Source: Candidatus Spongiisociaceae bacterium | GTDB lineage: Bacteria; Actinomycetota; Acidimicrobiia; Spongiisociales; Spongiisociaceae | Length of the DNA stretch: 64,000 nt | Assembly (NCBI GenBank): GCA_965262915.1 | Contig: OZ253564.1 | Span: 3,488,001 to 3,552,000 of the forward strand | Direction: 5' to 3' | Part shown: in pieces, positions 58,027 to 64,000 of the stretch | Numbering within the stretch: position 1 is the stretch's first letter | How the letters are laid out: each line of letters begins with the position of its first letter | Program-made: the position numbers and the translations under genes | The notes under the pieces: generated by a model | Database searches by the model: none | Told to the model about the DNA's origin: nothing | Seen by the model: only the letters and a program-made list of their open reading frames with translations

Positions 58027-59423
58027 CAGCTCGTCACCTCTTCCAATGCACCGACAAGGCGGTCGATGTCGTCACGGGTATGGACCTCGGTTACGCAGTA
58101 AAGGGCGCTCTGTCCCAGGTCGGGGAAGTCGCCACTCAGGTTCCGCCCCCCGAAGATCCCCCTCTTCCTCAGCCGGCGGTTGATACCTGCCACCGTATTG
58201 CCGGTGTCGTCGAACCGGACGACGAACTCCTTGAAGAAGGCGGTCGGCCACTCGACCGACACCGCCGGGATCTCGCCGATGCGGCGGGCCGCGTAGTGGC
58301 TCCGTCGGAGGATGGCCCTGCCCAACTCCTCGAACCCGGTCGGACCGAGAACGGACATGTATACAGCGTTGGCGATAGTCCACAAGTAGACCGAGTTCCC
58401 GGTCCAGTCCTTGCCGTCCTCGCGGGAACCGTAGGAACTCTGGTGGAACAGGGTCAGCCCGAACGCCCGCTCCCCTTCTTCGGTCGTGTCGGTAATGCTG
58501 ATCTGAAGGGTCGGATACTCCCGGGCGTAGCGCTCCTCGTCCCGGGTGGCGATGAACCCTCCGACTCCGCCTCCGCCGTTCATATGGATGCCGAGAGGCT
58601 GGGTACTGCCCACCGCTATGTCGGCTCCGTAGTCGCCGGGTGCGGCGATCACTCCCAGTGAGATCGGATCGACACCGACGATGGTCTCGGCCCCCCGGCT
58701 GCGTGCCATCTCGGCCACCGAAGCAGCTCTGCCTTCGATCACCCCCAGATAGGCCGGGTTCTCGAAATAGACCGCAGCCACATCCCCGGTCAGCTTGCGA
58801 TCGAGGTCATCGAGATCCAGCCGGCCCGTGGACGGCTCGAACCCGACAGTCACCATTTCGATATGGCTCACCTGCTCGGGGAAGCCGCAGTAGGTACGCG
58901 CCACGTCGCGGCGCTGCGGGTCCATCAGGGCGGGAACCAGCACCCGGGCGCGCCCCGTCATCCGGGCAGCCATTCGTATGGCGTGACCCACGGCCGCCCC
59001 CCAGCTGTAAACCGGGAGTCCGACGAAGTCCATGCGGACCAGTTCGCCCAGCTGGCTGGCGAACTCGAACCACGCCTGGTTGCGACCCAAATCGGACGAA
59101 GGAGTTCCCCAAACCGAGGTCAGGAACTCGCTCCGGGTCCATATCTCGTCACAGATGGCGGGCACATGGTGCTGCCACGTGCCGCCTCCCAGGAAACTGA
59201 GGTTGTCCTCGCAGGTTTCGTTCTTGCCCAGGACATCGAGGAGATGCCGTTTCAGCGCCACCTCCGAACTGAGCGGTGAAGGAAGCTGGAACTGCCTTCG
59301 GGTGAAATGTTCATCAGGTATCTGCTCGAAGAGCCTGTCGACGCTCTCGGCGCCGATCGCTCCGAGCATGCGGTTCTTGGCCTCCTCGGTAGAGTTGGCC
59401 ATGTATGGGTGTGCTCTCGTCAC
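58026..59423 (-). CDS. gcvPA: Glycine dehydrogenase (decarboxylating) subunit 1-like
   Basis: LFEQIP, SFLGGG..HHVP, YGADIAVG..QPLG and CVTEV motifs; GTG start at 59423. Confidence 0.88.
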   Translation of the reverse strand: MTRAHPYMANSTEEAKNRMLGAIGAESVDRLFEQIPDEHFTRRQFQLPSPLSSEVALKRHLLDVLGKNETCEDNLSFLGGGTWQHHVPAICDEIWTRSEFLTSVWGTPSSDLGRNQAWFEFASQLGELVRMDFVGLPVYSWGAAVGHAIRMAARMTGRARVLVPALMDPQRRDVARTYCGFPEQVSHIEMVTVGFEPSTGRLDLDDLDRKLTGDVAAVYFENPAYLGVIEGRAASVAEMARSRGAETIVGVDPISLGVIAAPGDYGADIAVGSTQPLGIHMNGGGGVGGFIATRDEERYAREYPTLQISITDTTEEGERAFGLTLFHQSSYGSREDGKDWTGNSVYLWTIANAVYMSVLGPTGFEELGRAILRRSHYAARRIGEIPAVSVEWPTAFFKEFVVRFDDTGNTVAGINRRLRKRGIFGGRNLSGDFPDLGQSALYCVTEVHTRDDIDRLVGALEEVTS

Positions 59424-59616
59424 TCGATCAAACCTTCGGATCGCCTCTTCATCTGTCTCGAACCCCGTGCGGGGACCGTCGATGAGAAAGATACTGCAAA
59501 GGGCTCGCTGTGGGCCACCTCGAGCGGTCGAACCACCACCGCTCACTATAATTAGGGCTGGAGTCGGGAGGTAGGGGCTTGGTAAACCAGCCCGAGGCCC
59601 GCTGCCCCTTGCACCG

Positions 59617-60780
59617 ATGAACCACGAGATTCCCGCTACCGACCACGAGCCCACCCGCGGCGCGGCTTCCGCGCCCCATCCGGCGTGTCTCGGGCTCATC
59701 ATCAATCCGATCGCGGGAATGGGGGGGTCGGTCGGACTCCACGGCACGGACGGGAACAGCTACCGGAAGGCCGAAGCCCTCGGGGCTGCCCCGATCGCAG
59801 AGAAACGGGCCGTCCGAGCGCTCCACCAATTGGCCTCCGCCCTGCCCGACATCTCTGTATTGAGCGCATCCGGATCCATGGGCGAGAATTCAGCCCGCAC
59901 CGCCGGGCTCGATCCCGCGGTGATTCCGGTGCTGTCGGAACCCACCACCTCGAGCGACACGACTCACGTCGCACAGCTGATGAAGTCTGCGGGGGTTGCG
60001 CTGATCCTGTTTGCGGGCGGCGACGGGACCGCTCGCGACATCGTCGGCGAGGTGGGCGACGGGGTACCCGTGATCGGAATCCCGACCGGCGTCAAGATGC
60101 ACTCCGCCGTGTTCGGCAACACACCCGAGGCAGCAGGCTCGATGGCAGCCCGTTTCCTCAAGTCCCCGGACCAGGTGAGGCTGGTTCCCCGCGAAGTGCT
60201 CGATGCAGGCAGCGAGCCCGGGAAGGTCGCCGGGTTCTCAGTCGCCTCGGTCCCGTTCGTCCGAAACCTGCTGCAGCCGGGCAAGGCAACCGTATCCATC
60301 GGGGACGACGGCAGCATCGATCGGCTCGGAGCTTCCATAGCGGCTGCGATGACCCCCGAACACATATACATTCTGGGTCCGGGAACGACCGTGGCTCGTA
60401 TCCTCGAGCATCTCGACCTCGAGGGGACCCTTGCCGGCGTCGACGTAGTGCTCAACCGGGGTGTGATCATCGCCAACGCAAGTACCGCCCAACTTCTCGA
60501 GCTGCTCGCCACAGCCCGCCCGGCCACTGTCTACCTGGGCGTCATCGGGGGCCAGGGATTTCTCCTGGGCCGCGGCAACCAGCAGATCAGCCCCGAAGTG
60601 ATCCAGCGGGTAGGCGAGGACAACGTCGTGATCCTGGCCGGTGAGGGGAAGGTACGCCTTCTAGACCCTCCGGTCCTGAGAGTCGACACAGGGATCGAAT
60701 CCTCGAAACCGGTGATGCTGGGTTATCGCCGGGTTCATACGGCCCCCGGCAGGAGCATCGTCATGAAGGTGGTCTCCTGA
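59617..60780 (+). CDS. ATP-NAD/AcoX kinase family protein
   Basis: NPIAGMGG, GGDGTARD, GVKMHS and GRGNQQ motifs. Confidence 0.88.
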   Translation: MNHEIPATDHEPTRGAASAPHPACLGLIINPIAGMGGSVGLHGTDGNSYRKAEALGAAPIAEKRAVRALHQLASALPDISVLSASGSMGENSARTAGLDPAVIPVLSEPTTSSDTTHVAQLMKSAGVALILFAGGDGTARDIVGEVGDGVPVIGIPTGVKMHSAVFGNTPEAAGSMAARFLKSPDQVRLVPREVLDAGSEPGKVAGFSVASVPFVRNLLQPGKATVSIGDDGSIDRLGASIAAAMTPEHIYILGPGTTVARILEHLDLEGTLAGVDVVLNRGVIIANASTAQLLELLATARPATVYLGVIGGQGFLLGRGNQQISPEVIQRVGEDNVVILAGEGKVRLLDPPVLRVDTGIESSKPVMLGYRRVHTAPGRSIVMKVVS

Positions 60781-61140
60781 CCAATCGGTGTCCCGAGCCT
60801 GGCCCACCCGCTAGGACCGGTACCGGAGCCTCGCAGTGATCGCAGTATGTCGCCGCTCGGTAGACTTGAGGTCACCCCCGGTGGGTTGGCACCCTCCACA
60901 CTGCGCTTTGCCGATCGTCTGGGAGGGTGCTGAGAAACCCCCCGTTGGCCCGACGGTCGATGACATAATGCCACGTCAGCGGACCACGGGCCAACCACTT
61001 ACCCCTTTTCGGCATTCTCCTAGAGGAGTACGACCGGGCCCTCGAGTCGAGATACATCAACGACCGGGGGGCGACCGGAAGGCGCTCCTAGCGATATACG
61101 CCATCGAGCGCGTCATGTGAGCGAACCACTGCATCTGGAC

Positions 61141-62472
61141 CTATTCGTTGCGCGGCTCCAGAGAGCCGTATACGACGCGCCCGTCGCGAACAACCGCGGT
61201 GATCTTGGCCAGCGATTCGGCATCGATCGTTGGATCACCGTCGAGGATGACAAGGTCTGCCCTCATGCCGCCCCGTATCACGCCTATGTCGGCTCGCCCC
61301 ATCAAGGCCGCCGCGGCGCCGGTCGCAGCATGAATGGCTCCGACCATCCCGAGGCCGCACCCGGCCAGCACTTCGATCTCGCGATGGAGGCTGTAACCGG
61401 GGTAGGTGCCGGGATTCGGGACATCGGATCCTGCGACAACGCTGACTCCAGCGGCGTGGACCATCTCGACAAACTCGAGGATCGCCTCCCATTCCTGTTC
61501 ACCGTGGGCAAGGTCGTCTTCGGAATAGCCGGCAGCCGGCCAGGTGGCTCTCCAAGCATCGACGAGACTGGCAGGAAGATCGTCGCGGGCTTCGAGGATT
61601 CCTTCGGCCTCGTCGGGACGGCAGAACACTCTGAGGATGGCGAAGGTCGGAGTGACCGTCACTCCCGCCGCGGCAAGATCTTCGACATGGCGGCGTACGC
61701 GATCGCTTCCGAGGTCGACGAATCGCCAGGGTCGGAGTGACAGGACCCAGTCGTGCGGGCGTTCCGGCAGTTCGGACTCCAATGCTCGGGAATGAGCGTC
61801 GAGGAGTTCCCGTCCACTACAGATATGTTCGAGCGCATCGACGCCGGCAGCGACCGCTTCGCCGACCGATACAGCGTTCCCGACGTGTGCAGCAACCGGA
61901 ATGCCGCGTTTGTGGGCAACGGCTACCACCGCCTGCAGATCCTCCTTGGGAAGCCACACATAGGCCTTGAGAAAGGGAGCACCCATCGAGATGAGTTCGG
62001 CAGCAGCATCAGCAGCATCTTGCGGACCCCTGACTACGCGCAAACCGGGATAGGGAGCGCCGGGGGGACCATCGAGGTTCGGGCCTGAACCGACGAATCG
62101 GGGCCATTCCGGGGTGTCCTCGGCCAGCAGCCTCCGGTACGCGGAACCGAACCCGGTTCCACCGGTGTCTCGGACTGCGGTAACGCCGTGCGCGAGAAAC
62201 TGAGCGGCATGCCAGTCGAATACCTCACCGCTGTCCGCACCGAACTCCTCCCCCGAGAGAGTCACCTCCATATGGGTGTGAGCATCGATCAGCCCCGGAA
62301 TCATCGTCGATCGCGGGAGATGCACCAACTCGTAGGACGAGGGAACATCGACATTGGGACCGGCTGCGATGATCCGCCCGTCCCAGAGGAGAACGGTGGC
62401 GTTACGTACCGGGGGACGGCCCGTACCGTCGATCAGACTGGCAACCTGAATAGCGAGCCTGTCGCCTACCAG
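61141..62472 (-). CDS. Amidohydrolase family protein
   Basis: LIDGTG, PGLIDAHTH, AGSD and ADLVILDGDP motifs; the N-terminal domain extends in frame past the ORF-track start to a CTG at 62472. Confidence 0.87.
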   Translation of the reverse strand: MVGDRLAIQVASLIDGTGRPPVRNATVLLWDGRIIAAGPNVDVPSSYELVHLPRSTMIPGLIDAHTHMEVTLSGEEFGADSGEVFDWHAAQFLAHGVTAVRDTGGTGFGSAYRRLLAEDTPEWPRFVGSGPNLDGPPGAPYPGLRVVRGPQDAADAAAELISMGAPFLKAYVWLPKEDLQAVVAVAHKRGIPVAAHVGNAVSVGEAVAAGVDALEHICSGRELLDAHSRALESELPERPHDWVLSLRPWRFVDLGSDRVRRHVEDLAAAGVTVTPTFAILRVFCRPDEAEGILEARDDLPASLVDAWRATWPAAGYSEDDLAHGEQEWEAILEFVEMVHAAGVSVVAGSDVPNPGTYPGYSLHREIEVLAGCGLGMVGAIHAATGAAAALMGRADIGVIRGGMRADLVILDGDPTIDAESLAKITAVVRDGRVVYGSLEPRNE

Positions 62473-62473
62473 G

Positions 62474-63244
62474 TCAGACTCCTTTCAACATCCCACCGTC
62501 TACGGCGAGCGTGGCGCCCGTGATGTAACTCGCGGCGTCGGACAGCAGAAACCCTACAGCGGCTGCGAACTCCTCGGGATCCCCGTACCTACCCAACGGA
62601 ATGCCGGCCTGGGACCGCGCCACAACTTCCGCGACCGTGACCCCTTCGGCTTGGGCCCGTCCTCGATCCAAGGCATGAACTCGGTCCGTCCCTATCCGGC
62701 CCGGGTAGACATGATTGACCCGTATCTCGGGGGCCCATTCCTGCGCCAGGACCTTGGCGAGAGCCCCGACGCCGGTACGCAGAACCGTCGAACTCACCAG
62801 GTTGCCGATCGGCTGGCGTACGGCCGACGACGTCATGAACACGAGCGCCGATCCCTTGCGCAAGTGCGGTTTGGCGGCACGAGCCAGCCGAACCGCGGAT
62901 AGAAGAACCAGGTCGATAGCCTCTGCCCAGTCGGCGTCGGACAAATCTCCAAAGGTGCCGGGCTTGGGACCGCCGGTGTTGACGACCACGGCATCCAACC
63001 CGCCCCCGAAGTGTGCGGAGGCTGCGTCGACCCAGGCTCCGATGTCTTCGCCCTTTCTCAGGTCACACACCTGTGAATGAACGGCGCCGGCCCCGCCGTT
63101 GCCGATCCCGGCAACCGCAGTCGCCAAGCGGTCGGCGTCCCTTCCGCACACCGAAACCGCATGGCCCTCACCGACAAGGTAGCGCGCTATGGCGAATCCG
63201 AGGCCGGAGGTCGCTGCCGCCACTAGGGCCGTTTTCCTGGTCAC
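62474..63244 (-). CDS. Short-chain dehydrogenase/reductase (atypical, YkvO/FabG-like)
   Basis: AATSGLG, NTGGP, GRIGTDR and VDGG motifs. Confidence 0.9.
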   Translation of the reverse strand: MTRKTALVAAATSGLGFAIARYLVGEGHAVSVCGRDADRLATAVAGIGNGGAGAVHSQVCDLRKGEDIGAWVDAASAHFGGGLDAVVVNTGGPKPGTFGDLSDADWAEAIDLVLLSAVRLARAAKPHLRKGSALVFMTSSAVRQPIGNLVSSTVLRTGVGALAKVLAQEWAPEIRVNHVYPGRIGTDRVHALDRGRAQAEGVTVAEVVARSQAGIPLGRYGDPEEFAAAVGFLLSDAASYITGATLAVDGGMLKGV

Positions 63245-64000
63245 GTATTCCTCCCGCTTGCTCGACAAGGCTCTCGTGCGATGAACGCACCACTTCCCGG
63301 CCGGAGCATATCGCGCCCGCCATCGACCACCACGCGGCCCCGCAGCACGACCGTTGCGGGCCAACCGGTGACGGTCATGCCTTCGTACGGTGTGTAGTCC
63401 GTCTGGTCGTGTAGGTCCTTGTGGCTCACGGAGCGTTCTTCGGCGTCGTCCCACACGACGAGATCCGCGTCGCTTCCAACCGCCAAGGTTCCCTTCCGGG
63501 GATACATTCCGAAGAGCCTTGCCGGATTGGTGGCTACCAACCGTACGAACTCGGAAACCGTGATCCGCCCAGTTACGACCCCTTCGGAGAACAGCAGCGG
63601 CATGCGCAGTTCAACCCCCGGTAACCCGTTCGCTACCTGGTGAAACTCTGTCTCCTCGCCCCTCGGAAGTTTCCCGCCGTCGAGCCGGTAGGGGGCATGA
63701 TCGGATCCGATCGTGTCGACCTTCCCGGCCCGGATCTTCCGCCAGAGCGCACGCCGGTCATCGGCCGCTCGTAGCGGCGGACTGCACATGAACGGGGCGG
63801 TCTTGCCGATAGGCCCATCGAGACGGGACTCATCAAGTACCAGATAGTGAGGGCAGGTCTCGACCGCGACGTCCACGCCTCTCAAACGCGCCGCCTCCGC
63901 TTCGGCAACCGCGAGGCCGGTGGAGAGATGAACCAGGTAGATACCCATCTTCAGGGCTTCGGCAATCGCGACGATCTCGGCCACACCCGCTCGCTCCGCG
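63241..64000 (-). CDS. Dihydropyrimidinase/D-hydantoinase, 5' end outside the window
   Basis: VHLST, ETCPHYL, CSPPLR, GSDHAP, KGTLAVGSDAD and DYTPYEG motifs. Confidence 0.9.
   Translation of the reverse strand, partial: AERAGVAEIVAIAEALKMGIYLVHLSTGLAVAEAEAARLRGVDVAVETCPHYLVLDESRLDGPIGKTAPFMCSPPLRAADDRRALWRKIRAGKVDTIGSDHAPYRLDGGKLPRGEETEFHQVANGLPGVELRMPLLFSEGVVTGRITVSEFVRLVATNPARLFGMYPRKGTLAVGSDADLVVWDDAEERSVSHKDLHDQTDYTPYEGMTVTGWPATVVLRGRVVVDGGRDMLRPGSGAFIAREPCRASGRNT

Noticed and set aside
59424-59616. Glycine riboswitch upstream of gcvPA
   Set aside because: The conserved GGAGA / CCGAAG / CTCTCAGG arrangement is not found.

Overview
GC-rich bacterial window, probably actinobacterial (an inference from composition and gene style). 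It is almost entirely accessory catabolism and transport for N-containing organics. Contents: a UbiD/amidohydrolase/M20/M81 operon, CobW sitting inside decayed xanthine-dehydrogenase-type genes, a cation transporter and arsM, one complete IS5-family element, two VapBC-type toxin-antitoxin pairs, a triplicated hydantoinase/oxoprolinase region (3 HyuB-like, 1 intact HyuA-like plus 2 remnants, 2 DUF885-like), a peptide ABC transporter, an IclR-linked sugar ABC/catabolic operon, and a gcvPA/gcvPB cluster with no gcvT/gcvH in the window. I found no rRNA, tRNA or CRISPR array. The most notable non-obvious signals are: the reconstructable duplication/deletion history of the HyuB array; 7-bp tandem arrays next to swappable small cargo genes; a paralogous family of tiny membrane proteins; several 110-290 nt multi-branched intergenic fold-backs; a 14-bp operator-like motif found three times; a 59-bp MITE; and several internally deleted or nonsense-disrupted pseudogenes. 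All family calls come from motif recognition by eye, not database searches.
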